Source: Bacteroidia bacterium (lineage in GTDB: Bacteria; Bacteroidota; Bacteroidia; CAIKAF01). Taken from it: 64,000 nucleotides of DNA. The position numbers were made by a program, and so were the translations under genes. A model generated the notes under the pieces. It was not told where the DNA came from, searched no databases, and worked only from the letters and a program-made list of their open reading frames with translations. The stretch spans positions 11,250 to 75,249 of the forward strand of contig JACVCJ010000003.1 of NCBI GenBank assembly GCA_016742095.1, given 5' to 3'. Each line of letters starts with the position of its first letter. The stretch's first letter is position 1. This document shows, in pieces, positions 29,103-39,148 of this stretch.

Positions 29103-30353
29103 ATGTATATCCGCACGCTCTTTTTAACCGCCTGTCTCGCCCTGTTTATGCAGGCAAAGGCCCAGACCACTGAAAAATGTCCCGAGCCCGACCTGGTGTT
29201 CGAAGGCATCCTTTCCGATAATTCCAATACGCGTCCGGTGATCCGCGACCTGGAAGGCGATCTGCCCAAAGCCGGCGACCGGGGCGATCTGTATAAAAAG
29301 TTTGAAGAAAAGCTCTTCGGCGGCATTATGACCGGCTGGATCTCCATCGGCTACGTGGCAGTGGTTTCCGCCTCTGCCGGCAGATGCACCCTGAAAGTGC
29401 TGGAAAAAAAGGCCTCCGTAACGGTCGACGGTAAGGATAAGAACCTGTTCGTGGCCGGCCGTACCGTAAAGTTTGAAAAATACAGTCCCGCCACGCCCCA
29501 GCCTTATACCGAACTGTATGAGAACGGACAGGTAAAAATAAAAGGATCTACACTCTGCGGAGTGCTCGTGGGACAGGTCGATTACTTCTACGAGAACGGG
29601 AATCCCAGGGCCAGCTTTACCCTGAACGGGAATGAAGAAAAGAACGGACCTTTTAAAAACTATTACCTTAACGGACAGCTGAAAGAAAGCGGTACCTATA
29701 AAAACGGAAAACGCGACGGGGATTTTGCGGGCTGGTACGAAAATGGTAATAAAGATGTGGAGACCCATTTCACGAACGACGTGCGCACCGGCAGCTATGT
29801 GGAATACGAAGAGAACGGCGACATCAGTTTCCGGGGAAATTATAATGAAAAGGGAAAACAGAGCGGTCTGTGGCAATATTATGAAAAAGGGAAACTGGTA
29901 CGCGAAGGCACTCTGCTGAACGATAAGGAGGACGGCACCTGGAAGTATTACTATGAGAACGGCAGCCTGAAACAGCAGGGCTCCTACAGCGCCGCAGAAC
30001 GCAACGGCGAATGGACCGAATATTACGCAGACGGTGCCAAAAAACGGCTTACGACCTATAACAACGGCCGCCGCGTGGGTCTACAACAGAAATTCTATCC
30101 CAACGGACAGCTGGAAGAATCAGGTACGACCAATACTTCCGGGAAACTGACAGGCTCCCACACCACGTATTACGAAAACGGACAGGTACAGCGGCAGACC
30201 GTTATGAATGAATGGAGTGAGTTACATGGGGAAGCCACTGAGTTTTATCCCGACGGCAAACTGAAAAGCAAAGGCGAGTATATACATGGCCGCAAAACCG
30301 GTATCTGGTTCAGCTACGACGAAAAAGGCAAAAAGAAGAAAGAGAAATTCTGA
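29103..30353 (+). CDS. MORN-variant / YwqK-family repeat protein, secreted
   Basis: Signal peptide MYIRTLFLTACLALFMQAKAQ. About 12 repeats of G.W..YYENG.L...G.Y.NGK..G.W. Confidence 0.75.
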   Translation: MYIRTLFLTACLALFMQAKAQTTEKCPEPDLVFEGILSDNSNTRPVIRDLEGDLPKAGDRGDLYKKFEEKLFGGIMTGWISIGYVAVVSASAGRCTLKVLEKKASVTVDGKDKNLFVAGRTVKFEKYSPATPQPYTELYENGQVKIKGSTLCGVLVGQVDYFYENGNPRASFTLNGNEEKNGPFKNYYLNGQLKESGTYKNGKRDGDFAGWYENGNKDVETHFTNDVRTGSYVEYEENGDISFRGNYNEKGKQSGLWQYYEKGKLVREGTLLNDKEDGTWKYYYENGSLKQQGSYSAAERNGEWTEYYADGAKKRLTTYNNGRRVGLQQKFYPNGQLEESGTTNTSGKLTGSHTTYYENGQVQRQTVMNEWSELHGEATEFYPDGKLKSKGEYIHGRKTGIWFSYDEKGKKKKEKF

Positions 30354-30455
30354 TTACACAACTGTACAAAAAATCATTGCCTGTACGAAAAGAGGCATAC
30401 ACGTTTTAGTATATGCCTCCCTGTAATTTAGTATATTTATTGATTATGGTGTTTA

Positions 30456-31481
30456 TTAACCCTTTGGCGTATTACGGCATGCATAAATACGTTCGATGAT
30501 ATCCACGATCTTCAGACCTTCCAAGGCATTCGTAGTAATGCTGCCCTCGCCTTTCAGCGTGTCTACCACGTTCTGTATGATGTGGTGGTGGTTATTGGCA
30601 CTGCCTTTGTAACCGCCATAATCGTTGGCCGGGCCCGTTTCTTCAATGTCGGGCATGCTGTAATTTTCGATATGGCAGTATTCCACCTTGTCCATATACT
30701 GCCCGCCTACTTTTACGCTGCCTTTTTCGCCCACGATGGTCAGACTGCTTTCCATATTGGTGTCCCACACGGCGGTGCTGTAATTCAGGCAGCCCATACC
30801 GCCGTTCACAAAGTCGAAGTTCACGCTGCCGCTGTCTTCAAACGCGGTAAGGTCTTTATGCGCAAAATCGGCAAAACGGCCCTGTATGTTCTTTATATCG
30901 CCGAACAGCCAGTACATAATGTCGATAAAGTGACTGAACTGGGTGAACAGCGTTCCCCCGTCCAGGTCGGCCGTTCCTTTCCAGCCGCCGGGTTTGTAAT
31001 AGCGCGTATCGCGGTTCCAGTAACAGTTGATCTGCACCATGTACACTTTGCCCAGCACGCCGCTGTCCATCACGCTTTTGAGCCAGCGCGCCGGCGGACT
31101 GAATCGGTTCTGCATCACCGCGAACACCTGGCGGTGGCGGTTCAGCGCGGTATAGATCACGTTCTCGCACTCGGCGCGGGTAAGTCCCATAGGCTTTTCC
31201 ACCACGATATGGCGACCCGAGTTCAGGGCGGCCACGCTGTGTTTCGCATGCAGACCGTTGGGCGTGCAGATGTTCACCACATCGAATTCCAGCCCGCTGT
31301 TCAGCATTTCTCCGGCGTCCGTAAAATACGGCTCACTGATGTCCGTACAGCCGGTCTGTTCCTTGGTACGCACATCACATACGGCTACCAGCTCGCAGTC
31401 CGGGTTGCGGCGCACCATTTCGGCATGGCGCTTCCCGATATGTCCCTGGCCGATCACGGCAAATTTTATCTTCGTACTCAT
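30456..31481 (-). CDS. Gfo/Idh/MocA family oxidoreductase (WbpB-like UDP-GlcNAcA 3-dehydrogenase)
   Basis: KFAVIGQGHIGKRH Rossmann motif. Start overlaps the upstream acetyltransferase stop (ATGA). Confidence 0.85.
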   Translation of the reverse strand: MSTKIKFAVIGQGHIGKRHAEMVRRNPDCELVAVCDVRTKEQTGCTDISEPYFTDAGEMLNSGLEFDVVNICTPNGLHAKHSVAALNSGRHIVVEKPMGLTRAECENVIYTALNRHRQVFAVMQNRFSPPARWLKSVMDSGVLGKVYMVQINCYWNRDTRYYKPGGWKGTADLDGGTLFTQFSHFIDIMYWLFGDIKNIQGRFADFAHKDLTAFEDSGSVNFDFVNGGMGCLNYSTAVWDTNMESSLTIVGEKGSVKVGGQYMDKVEYCHIENYSMPDIEETGPANDYGGYKGSANNHHHIIQNVVDTLKGEGSITTNALEGLKIVDIIERIYACRNTPKG

Positions 31482-32059
31482 TCCGTTATTTTACTTACGA
31501 TCCCGTTATCCATACGATAGCGGAAGCCACTTTCGGAGCATACCGCCTCGTTATTTGCGTCAAACTGCAGTTTTTGTCCGTGCTCGCTCATGTAGCCCCC
31601 GTGGCGTGCAGGGTTCCCATAGATAAGCTCGTAGGGCCGCACGTCTTTGGTAACCACCGAACCGGCACCGATAAAACCGAACTCACCGATGGTAATTCCG
31701 CATACCACCGTAGCATTGGCCCCGATGGACGCACCTTTTTTTACCAGGGTGGTCTTGTATTCATTCTTGCGGTTTACGGCGCTGCGCGGATTGATCACAT
31801 TGGTGAACACCATGCTGGGACCCAGGAAAACATCGTCTTCGCAGATCACGCCCGTATATACGCTTACGTTGTTCTGAATTTTTACATTATTGCCCAGTTT
31901 TACGCCGGGCGATATCACCACGTTCTGGCCGATATTGCAGTTCTCGCCCATTTCACTGTTGGGCATCACATGCGAAAAATGCCAGATCCTGGTGCCTTTG
32001 CCGATGATGCAGCCCTCGTCGATGTACGACGATTCGTGTGCAAAATATTCTTTTTCCAT
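31478..32059 (-). CDS. hexapeptide-repeat N-acetyltransferase (WbpD-like)
   Basis: Left-handed beta-helix hexapeptide repeats (IGKGTRIWHFSHV.., IGQNVVISPGVKLGNNVKIQNNVSV). Confidence 0.85.
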   Translation of the reverse strand: MEKEYFAHESSYIDEGCIIGKGTRIWHFSHVMPNSEMGENCNIGQNVVISPGVKLGNNVKIQNNVSVYTGVICEDDVFLGPSMVFTNVINPRSAVNRKNEYKTTLVKKGASIGANATVVCGITIGEFGFIGAGSVVTKDVRPYELIYGNPARHGGYMSEHGQKLQFDANNEAVCSESGFRYRMDNGIVSKITE

Positions 32060-33193
32060 CTATCTGTTCACGTATTCAAGTACCGAATCGCTGATGAATT
32101 TCAGCTGTTCTTCATCCAGCTCGGTATGCATAGGTAATGAAATTACACGTTTGCTCAGTTCTTCGGCAACGGGCAGATCGCCGTCCTTATAACCGCGCAG
32201 GTTGTAGGCCTTCTGGAAATGCTGCGGCACCGGGTAGTACACCTTGCTGGGCACGCCTTTTTCCTTCAGGAAGTTTTCCAGTCCGTCGCGGTCCAGCGAA
32301 GCGTCCAGCGTAAGCGTATACTGATGGAACACATGATCGCTGTATGCGGCGCGGAATGGCGTTTTGATCTTCGGACTGGCGGCAAAGGCCCGGTCGTAAT
32401 GATCGGCGGCTTTGTTGCGGCTGGCGCTGTACCCGTCCAGCAGGGGCAGTTTTACGCGCAGTACGGCAGCCTGAATGGTGTCCAGGCGGGAGTTCACGCC
32501 TACTACATCGTGGTAGTACAGGCGGCTCTGACCGTGGTTGGCGATGGAGCGCAGCGCAGCGGTCAGTTTTTCATCGTTACAGAAAATAGCGCCGCCGTCG
32601 CCGTAGCAACCCAGGTTCTTGCTGGGGAAGAACGAGGTGCAGCCGACGGTACCCATGGTGCCCGCTTTGGCCTTACGTCCGTCGCTGAAGGTATATTCCG
32701 CGCCGATGGCCTGGGCCGTATCTTCGATCACAAACAGGTTGTGACGTTTGGCAATATCGAGTATCTTTTCCATATCGGCACACTGTCCGTAAAGGTGTAC
32801 GGGTACAATGGCCTTTGTTTTGGGGCTGATGGCCGCTTCGATCTTGGTTACGTCTATATTAAAGGTGTCGGGATCGCTGTCCACGAACACGGGCGTCAGT
32901 TTCAGCAGGGCGATCACCTCACAGGTGGCGGCATAGGTAAAGGAAGGGGTGATCACTTCATCGCCGGGTTGCAGGTCCAGCGCCATCATAGCGATCTGCA
33001 GGGCATCGGTACCATTGGCACAGGGTATCACCTGCGTACCGCCCAGGTACTGAGAGAGCTCGGTGGCCAGTTCCTTTACATCGGGCCCGTTAATGAAAGC
33101 GGTACTGCGGATCACGCCCAGCACGGCCTCATCGATCTTACTCTGTATATGTGCATACTGACCCTTCAGGTCAACCATCTGTATACTTTTCAT
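32060..33193 (-). CDS. DegT/DnrJ/EryC1/StrS aminotransferase (WbpE-like)
   Basis: PLP-dependent sugar aminotransferase motifs (GTDALQIAMMAL, FFPSKNLGCYGDGGAI). Confidence 0.9.
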   Translation of the reverse strand: MKSIQMVDLKGQYAHIQSKIDEAVLGVIRSTAFINGPDVKELATELSQYLGGTQVIPCANGTDALQIAMMALDLQPGDEVITPSFTYAATCEVIALLKLTPVFVDSDPDTFNIDVTKIEAAISPKTKAIVPVHLYGQCADMEKILDIAKRHNLFVIEDTAQAIGAEYTFSDGRKAKAGTMGTVGCTSFFPSKNLGCYGDGGAIFCNDEKLTAALRSIANHGQSRLYYHDVVGVNSRLDTIQAAVLRVKLPLLDGYSASRNKAADHYDRAFAASPKIKTPFRAAYSDHVFHQYTLTLDASLDRDGLENFLKEKGVPSKVYYPVPQHFQKAYNLRGYKDGDLPVAEELSKRVISLPMHTELDEEQLKFISDSVLEYVNR

Positions 33194-33358
33194 CTATTTT
33201 GCTGAAATTTGAATGCGAAGGTAGTAAATTATTGAGCAGGGTAAAATTAAGTTCCGCCGCGGCCGTTTATGTCCCCGGCGCCCGCAGTTCCGATAAAGGC
33301 CCTGAATTGTAGGCGAAAAAAAGAAAAATTAATCTTTACTTTGTTCACGTAAAGGAAT

Positions 33359-34132
33359 ATGAAAAATTTATCCGTCATCCTGCTTTTTATGGCCCTGACC
33401 TTCAGTGTACAGGCCCAGACCAGCAAACGCACCCGCACTTCCAACGTACGCGACACCAGTGTGGCCATCACCATGGTACGCCCCCAGGCCGCTTTTATAC
33501 TGCCCATGGGCGAACTGATGGACCGTACCGGTTTTTTCTATACCGTGGGCGGCAGTATACTCACCAAGACCGCTTCGCAGTGGATGTTCGGTGCAGAAGG
33601 CTGCTTTTACAACGGTAATATCATCCGGGAACCGGGGCACCTGCAGAACCTGCTTACCTCCGAGGGTGGCCTTATTGCCCAGAGCGGCGAGTTCGGCGAT
33701 GTGAACCGTTTCTTCCGCGGATTCTCCTTTTCGGCCCTGTTCGGACGGCTTTTTCCCGTAGGTAAGCCCAATATGAACAGCGGTTTTTACGTGACCTTCG
33801 GCCTGGGATACATACAACACAAGATCCGCACCGAGGTACGCGGCAACAACGTATGGCCCCTGAACGGCGATTATAAAAAAGGCTACGACCGGCTGAGCGG
33901 CGGCTTTATGCTCTCGCAGTTCGCCGGCTACCAGTACATCAACAACAAACGCACCATTACCTTTTTTGCCGGACTGGAACTGAACCAGGCCCTCGTAAAA
34001 AGCTACAGAGGTTTCAATTACGATACACAAGAGATCGACAACCGCTGGAAGTTCAACGGTATGTTCTCCGTAAAAGGAGGCTGGCTCTTCAATATATACC
34101 ACAGAAAACAAACCAAGGAATACTGGAAATAA
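33359..34132 (+). CDS. hypothetical outer-membrane protein
   Basis: Signal peptide MKNLSVILLFMALTFSVQAQ. Preferred over the antisense ORF 33368-34156. Confidence 0.6.
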   Translation: MKNLSVILLFMALTFSVQAQTSKRTRTSNVRDTSVAITMVRPQAAFILPMGELMDRTGFFYTVGGSILTKTASQWMFGAEGCFYNGNIIREPGHLQNLLTSEGGLIAQSGEFGDVNRFFRGFSFSALFGRLFPVGKPNMNSGFYVTFGLGYIQHKIRTEVRGNNVWPLNGDYKKGYDRLSGGFMLSQFAGYQYINNKRTITFFAGLELNQALVKSYRGFNYDTQEIDNRWKFNGMFSVKGGWLFNIYHRKQTKEYWK

Positions 34133-34158
34133 CCTGAAAACCTGTACGAAAAACACCC

Positions 34159-34923
34159 ATGAATAAAAAAGGAACCACCATTGCCATCATTGCCCTGCTG
34201 CTGCTGAACCTCGGTACCATTGGCGTACTGCTTATGGTAAAGGCCAAAGCCGAAAAACGACTTACGAATGCCTCCGGCTTCCTGCGCGAGCTGGGCGAAC
34301 AGAGCATCGACCACCTGGTGCAGGTACGCGATACCATCGACGTGGAGACGGAGATCAGCATTACCGAACCCGTACCCGTGGACATCGACATGCTGGTGCG
34401 GGACAAGATCCCCGTACGCATGATGGTGGACGTGAACGATAAAATGACCGTGCCCGTTTCCCTGAACATCGACGAAACGGTAGACGTGGACACCAACATT
34501 ACCCTGCCCGACCCTGTGGAAGTGCAGGCCAATACCGTGATCCCCGTGAACCAGAAATTTATATGGCTCTGGAGTAAAAAAGGCGGCCCCAAAATGAAGA
34601 TCAAGGCCGATATACCGCTGGACCAGAAACTGAAGATATCCTTCACCGATCCGCTGCGCTTCAAAAGCGCCATTCCCGTGCGTTTTACCCTGAACGACGA
34701 ACTGCCGGTAGACCTGAAACTGAACATACCGGTAGACCAGAAGATCGACCTGGAACTGAAGATCGACCAGAAGGCCATCGTGGGCTTCCCCTACAACCTG
34801 AAGATGAAGGGAAAAATTCCGATCATTATGGACATTCCCGTGCATATTCCCCTGCGCGATACGCCCATTAAAAAATACCTGGATAAGACCGCCGACGAGC
34901 TCGACGACATGTTATCCTTTTAA
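34159..34923 (+). CDS. hypothetical membrane-anchored protein
   Basis: N-terminal TM segment TIAIIALLLLNLGTIGVLLMV. Degenerate PV.D..L.I repeats. Confidence 0.55.
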   Translation: MNKKGTTIAIIALLLLNLGTIGVLLMVKAKAEKRLTNASGFLRELGEQSIDHLVQVRDTIDVETEISITEPVPVDIDMLVRDKIPVRMMVDVNDKMTVPVSLNIDETVDVDTNITLPDPVEVQANTVIPVNQKFIWLWSKKGGPKMKIKADIPLDQKLKISFTDPLRFKSAIPVRFTLNDELPVDLKLNIPVDQKIDLELKIDQKAIVGFPYNLKMKGKIPIIMDIPVHIPLRDTPIKKYLDKTADELDDMLSF

Positions 34924-34937
34924 ATACATTAACCATT

Positions 34938-35900
34938 ATGATGCATATACGTATTTCGCTTTTTGCCTTTCTCCTGCTTTGCAGCAGTGCCTTTGCCCAG
35001 AAATCACCCATTAAGGAGCGTAACTGGCGGCAGGCCACGGGTCAGGGACGTTTGTTCGGCACACTGGCCGTTCCGCGCGAAGGCAAGGCAAATACCCTCT
35101 GCATCATTGTGCCGGGCAGCGGCCCTACCAACCGCAACGGCAATTCGGGCGTATTTGTATACGCAAATTCCTACAAAATGCTGTCGGATTCCCTCGTTAT
35201 GAACGGTTACGCCGTACTGCGCTACGATAAAAGAGGCGTGGGCGAAAGCGTATATGCCTTTACCAATGAAACGGAACTGACCTTTCCGCTGTATTGTGAG
35301 GACCTGGGGCAGGTGATCCGCGGACAGCGCAGGGACGGGCATTTCTCAAAGATCGTGCTCATCGGGCACAGTGAAGGTTCCACCGTATCCCTGATGGCCG
35401 CTCTCAAAGATACGGTAGACGGTTTTGTTTCGCTCTGCGGTCCGGGCCGTTCCGCTGATTCACTCATCCTGACCCAGCTCCGTACCCAGCCCCTGAAAGT
35501 ACGCGAAGAGGCCGAAATGATTATCCGCACCATCAACAACGGCGAAAGTATGCCCAGGGTGTCCGAAAGCCTGCAATCGCTCTTCCGGCCGTCGATACAG
35601 CCTTACCTGCGCAGCTGGTTCGCTGTAAAACCCTATGTAGAAATCGCAAAACTCTCCTGCCCCGTGCTTATCGTACAGGGAAATACGGATATACAGGTAG
35701 CCGTTTCGGAAGGCGAACGCCTGAAAGCCGCGCGCCCTTCGGCAGAACTGATCACCATAGACCAGATGAACCACGTACTGAAAACGGCCCCGGAAGACGG
35801 CCCCAGGAATATACGCACTTACGGCGATCCCTATATGCCGCTCAACAAAGGCCTGATGCCGGCCCTGCTGCCCTTCCTGAAAAATATCTCTTCGAAATAG
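34938..35900 (+). CDS. alpha/beta hydrolase
   Basis: Signal peptide; nucleophile elbow GHSEGS. Confidence 0.75.
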   Translation: MMHIRISLFAFLLLCSSAFAQKSPIKERNWRQATGQGRLFGTLAVPREGKANTLCIIVPGSGPTNRNGNSGVFVYANSYKMLSDSLVMNGYAVLRYDKRGVGESVYAFTNETELTFPLYCEDLGQVIRGQRRDGHFSKIVLIGHSEGSTVSLMAALKDTVDGFVSLCGPGRSADSLILTQLRTQPLKVREEAEMIIRTINNGESMPRVSESLQSLFRPSIQPYLRSWFAVKPYVEIAKLSCPVLIVQGNTDIQVAVSEGERLKAARPSAELITIDQMNHVLKTAPEDGPRNIRTYGDPYMPLNKGLMPALLPFLKNISSK

Positions 35901-35903
35901 ATC

Positions 35904-36731
35904 TTAGAATGCCTGCAGATGCAGACCGGCCGTCCAGGGGAATAAAGAAGGCCCGTTGCGGAACGATTCGGTAAGTCCTACCCGCCCGTAAATACTGATG
36001 ATATACCAGCGCACGCGCAGTTCTGCGTCCACGCGGAATCGGCGCAGCAGAAAATCGTCGCGGCGCAGTTCGCGGATACGGTCGCCATCCTGCGTATATA
36101 CATGACGTGCATTGCTGCCGATACGTACGCTGCCCACGGCCCCGAACGTAACGTTCACCTGTTTTTTATGCTCCCAGGTGCGGCGCGTGCGGAAATTGAA
36201 CATGAGTGGCAAGGTAACGTACGACGCCTGCAGACGGCTGCGCAGGATATTTTTGGTGCCGGTATTTACATCGGTGAGGATCGGATCGCCGGGGTTCAGA
36301 GGCCCCAGGTCGTCGGTCTCCCGCAGGATGATCTTACGTTCGAAACTGTAATTGTACCAGTCGATGCCCATACCCGTCATGATATTGACGGTACGTTTGC
36401 GGTTGAGCCTGAACTTGGCTTCCCACACGTTGAGGCCGATCCGCCAGGAACGCGGGATACTGGTCTCCATAAAATCGTAGGCGCCCTGGGGCTGTGCGTA
36501 TCCGCCGGGCATGGAGATCCAGCTGCAGAGGCCCACGTCTATACCTATCCATACCAGGTTGTTCCAGCGATAGGGCTGTTTGGGATCGGGGCTGGCCGGA
36601 CGGGCCGGGTTCAGGATCAGGAAACGGGTCTCTCCCACGCGTAGTTTTATGGTATCTCTCTGCGCAGAAAGGGTTCCCAGTGATCCCAGCAGGCAAAGGA
36701 CCAGTAAAAATGCATTTGCTTTTTTCAGCAT
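35904..36731 (-). CDS. outer-membrane beta-barrel protein (hypothetical)
   Basis: Start at ATG 36731 (MLKKANAFLLVLCLLGSLGTLSAQ). The 36740 start in the ORF track is TTG. Confidence 0.65.
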   Translation of the reverse strand: MLKKANAFLLVLCLLGSLGTLSAQRDTIKLRVGETRFLILNPARPASPDPKQPYRWNNLVWIGIDVGLCSWISMPGGYAQPQGAYDFMETSIPRSWRIGLNVWEAKFRLNRKRTVNIMTGMGIDWYNYSFERKIILRETDDLGPLNPGDPILTDVNTGTKNILRSRLQASYVTLPLMFNFRTRRTWEHKKQVNVTFGAVGSVRIGSNARHVYTQDGDRIRELRRDDFLLRRFRVDAELRVRWYIISIYGRVGLTESFRNGPSLFPWTAGLHLQAF

Positions 36732-36745
36732 ACCAGGCAATTATT

Positions 36746-37825
36746 TTATTTAACGGCGAATTCCGCCTCTACTGCCTTGGAATAGAAATATACTTTTTGC
36801 TTACCTTCTTTATCGGGTTTATCCGTAACCATGCGGGTATCTTTCTTATCCAAAACACCGCCTAAGGTAACAATAGTGCTCAGAACATCAATAAAACGGG
36901 GTTTCTTTCTGCCGCTGTTGGCCAGCTGCAGGTCAAAAGGCGCTTCGTTCTCCAGCGGTTTCACCGGCGAGAAACGGGTACCTTCCGCAGCGGGGTTCTG
37001 CATCACCGAGGCCATCTGCATCTGTGGTTTTTCCACCAGCAGGGAGGGCGCCTGTGTACTGAGTTCCGGAACGGGAAGCTCTATTTTCTCATCCAGCGAG
37101 GCCAGGGAGGCATTCGACACGGCATTACGCACTTCCGGACCGGCGGCGCTCTGTACGTATACGATCCGCTCAGCCACCGGCATGTCCTGGGGCAGGCGGT
37201 TCCACTGTTCTTCCAGCAGGGCCAGGGCTTTTTCCTCCGAACGGGCTTCGATCAGGGAAGACACTTTCTGTACCCATTCGGTACCCGGCTGCGACTGAAT
37301 GACCACCGTGGGTGCATTGCTGCGCTGCAGGGAATATCCCAGCCAGAACACCATGGCCGCGGCGGCGGCGCCGGAAACATATTTAAAGGAACCTGCCAGG
37401 AAACCGATGCGCAGGCCGCTTTTCTTCAGGGATCTTTTATCGGGGAACACTTCGTTGTCCGGACGTACGCGGGCAGCTTCCAGCAGGCGGAGCTCCTTCT
37501 GCAGTTCGGGACTCTGTGCCAGCTGACTTTCCAGGGCCAGGGTCTCTTCAAAACCCAGGGTGCCTTCGGTATATTCGAACAGGGAACGAATATCCGCAGC
37601 CTGTTCCGCGGGCATCACCATTTCGGTCTTATGCAGCGAAGCGGTGTCCAGTATAAAAGGATCGGCCTCGATCTTTATTTTAGAGGCCTCGAGAAAGTCG
37701 AGGAATTCGTCCTGCAGATCGCCGTTCTGCACCAGGAATGCGCGCAGAACGCCCTTCTCGTTGTCCGAGAGTTTATTATCGGCATAGTCGATAAACCATA
37801 ATATGTAATTTTCCCTGCTGATCAT
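36746..37825 (-). CDS. putative anti-sigma factor (single-pass membrane protein)
   Basis: Immediately downstream of the ECF sigma gene with a 2-nt gap. Central TM segment AAAAAMVFWLGYSL. Confidence 0.6.
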   Translation of the reverse strand: MISRENYILWFIDYADNKLSDNEKGVLRAFLVQNGDLQDEFLDFLEASKIKIEADPFILDTASLHKTEMVMPAEQAADIRSLFEYTEGTLGFEETLALESQLAQSPELQKELRLLEAARVRPDNEVFPDKRSLKKSGLRIGFLAGSFKYVSGAAAAAMVFWLGYSLQRSNAPTVVIQSQPGTEWVQKVSSLIEARSEEKALALLEEQWNRLPQDMPVAERIVYVQSAAGPEVRNAVSNASLASLDEKIELPVPELSTQAPSLLVEKPQMQMASVMQNPAAEGTRFSPVKPLENEAPFDLQLANSGRKKPRFIDVLSTIVTLGGVLDKKDTRMVTDKPDKEGKQKVYFYSKAVEAEFAVK

Positions 37826-37827
37826 GG

Positions 37828-38313
37828 TTACAGTACAATATCGAGTTTTGAAATATATTCTTTAATGGCCATTCTGCCGCGGTAGATGTACACTTTTACC
37901 TGGCTTTCGCTCAGGCCGGTGATCTCTCCGATATCCTCGTAGGAATAGCCTTCCAGGTCGCGTAGAGTAATTACGGCCTTCTGGGCTTCCGGCAGGGTGT
38001 TCAGCGCGGCGTCCACCACTTCCTTTACGTCGCTGTACTGCTGTTCGTGGTACAGGCTCTGTTTGGGAGCGGCTTCTTCGGGCATCACGTATTTGCGTTT
38101 GCGTGTATAGTCGATCAGTGTGCGGTAAGCGGCCGTAAAAAGATACGATTTCGATTTCTCGAAACTGATATCTTCATGGCGCACCCACATTTTTTCAAAG
38201 GTGTCCTGCACAATGTCCTTGGCGGCTTCCTGGTCCCGGATATTCTTCAGGATGAAGCGGAAAACCGCGTCGGCATGGGTATCCACGCATATGTTGTATT
38301 CTTTCGCAGTCAT
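37828..38313 (-). CDS. RNA polymerase ECF sigma-70 factor
   Basis: Region 2 (DIVQDTFEKMW) and region 4 (LRDLEGYSYEDIGEITGLSESQVKVYIYRGR) motifs. Confidence 0.9.
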   Translation of the reverse strand: MTAKEYNICVDTHADAVFRFILKNIRDQEAAKDIVQDTFEKMWVRHEDISFEKSKSYLFTAAYRTLIDYTRKRKYVMPEEAAPKQSLYHEQQYSDVKEVVDAALNTLPEAQKAVITLRDLEGYSYEDIGEITGLSESQVKVYIYRGRMAIKEYISKLDIVL

Positions 38314-38335
38314 GTTTTATTGGTCAGACTCGTAT

Positions 38336-38375
38336 TTAGGACGCACGAAATCAGGAAAATGTTACAAAGTTCCGC
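38336..38375 (-). promoter_or_regulatory. possible ECF-type autoregulatory promoter (GGAAC / AAC-N17-CGTC like)
   Basis: Minus strand reads GCGGAACTTTGTAACATTTTCCTGATTTCGTGCGTCC about 50 nt upstream of the sigma-factor ATG. Spacing is not canonical. Confidence 0.2.
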
Positions 38376-38434
38376 TTTTTTTCACAGATAGCCCAAAAAT
38401 TGTATCTTTCCCGACACAAAACCTTAATAAAAGT

Positions 38435-38974
38435 ATGAAAACTCTCCGCAAAATCCTGATCTGGCTGTTCGCTATTATCGCAGTCATCGTTATCGTGGGC
38501 CTGTTCATCCCGGGTAAAGTGCATGTAGAACGTTCGTCAGCCATGAATGCCCCTGTGGAAAAAGTATTCCCGCTGGTGGCCGATATGCAGAACTGGCCTT
38601 CCTGGTCGCCCTGGCACAAGATGGACCCCAATATGAAGATCACCTACTTTGGCCCGCAGATGGGGCCGGGCGCGGGGTATTCCTGGACCAGCGAAAAAAT
38701 GGGCAACGGCAAAATGACCATTAAAGGCTACGAGGAAAACAAAGCGCTGGTGACCGAAATGGACTTTATGGAAAACGGCATTGCCACGGGCGGTTTTAAC
38801 TTTACCCCCGAAGGCAGCGGCACCAAAGTGACCTGGTACATGGACTCGGACGTAAAACAGGGCAATGTGTTCATGAAAGCCCTGGGCGGCTATTTCGGCC
38901 TGATGTTCAAGAGCATGATCGCCGACGACTTCGATAAAGGCCTGGCCGATATGAAGAAAGAGGCCGAGAAGTAA
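38435..38974 (+). CDS. SRPBCC (START/polyketide-cyclase-like) family protein
   Basis: Start at ATG 38435 (MKTLRKILIWLFAIIAVIVIV). SRPBCC-like fold pattern. Confidence 0.7.
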   Translation: MKTLRKILIWLFAIIAVIVIVGLFIPGKVHVERSSAMNAPVEKVFPLVADMQNWPSWSPWHKMDPNMKITYFGPQMGPGAGYSWTSEKMGNGKMTIKGYEENKALVTEMDFMENGIATGGFNFTPEGSGTKVTWYMDSDVKQGNVFMKALGGYFGLMFKSMIADDFDKGLADMKKEAEK

Positions 38975-39148
38975 ACCTCACTGTTAGAGAAAAAACATAC
39001 GCCGTTCCGGGAAACCGGGACGGCTTTTTCACTTTCCGGCCGGGCAACCCGCAGCTGAAAAGCGCTGATATCCCGAAAAAGGACGTTCCAAAGCTCCGGC
39101 TCGTCTAAATTCTTTCCCCATGCGCTGTAAAACGGCTACGTTTATTCT

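Noticed and set aside
30391-30418. Hairpin GAGGCATA-(12 nt)-TATGCCTC between convergent MORN and wbpB-like genes as a rho-independent terminator
   Set aside because: Perfect 8-bp stem but no adjacent T-run on either strand. Noted only as a structural element containing one TTTAGTATA copy.
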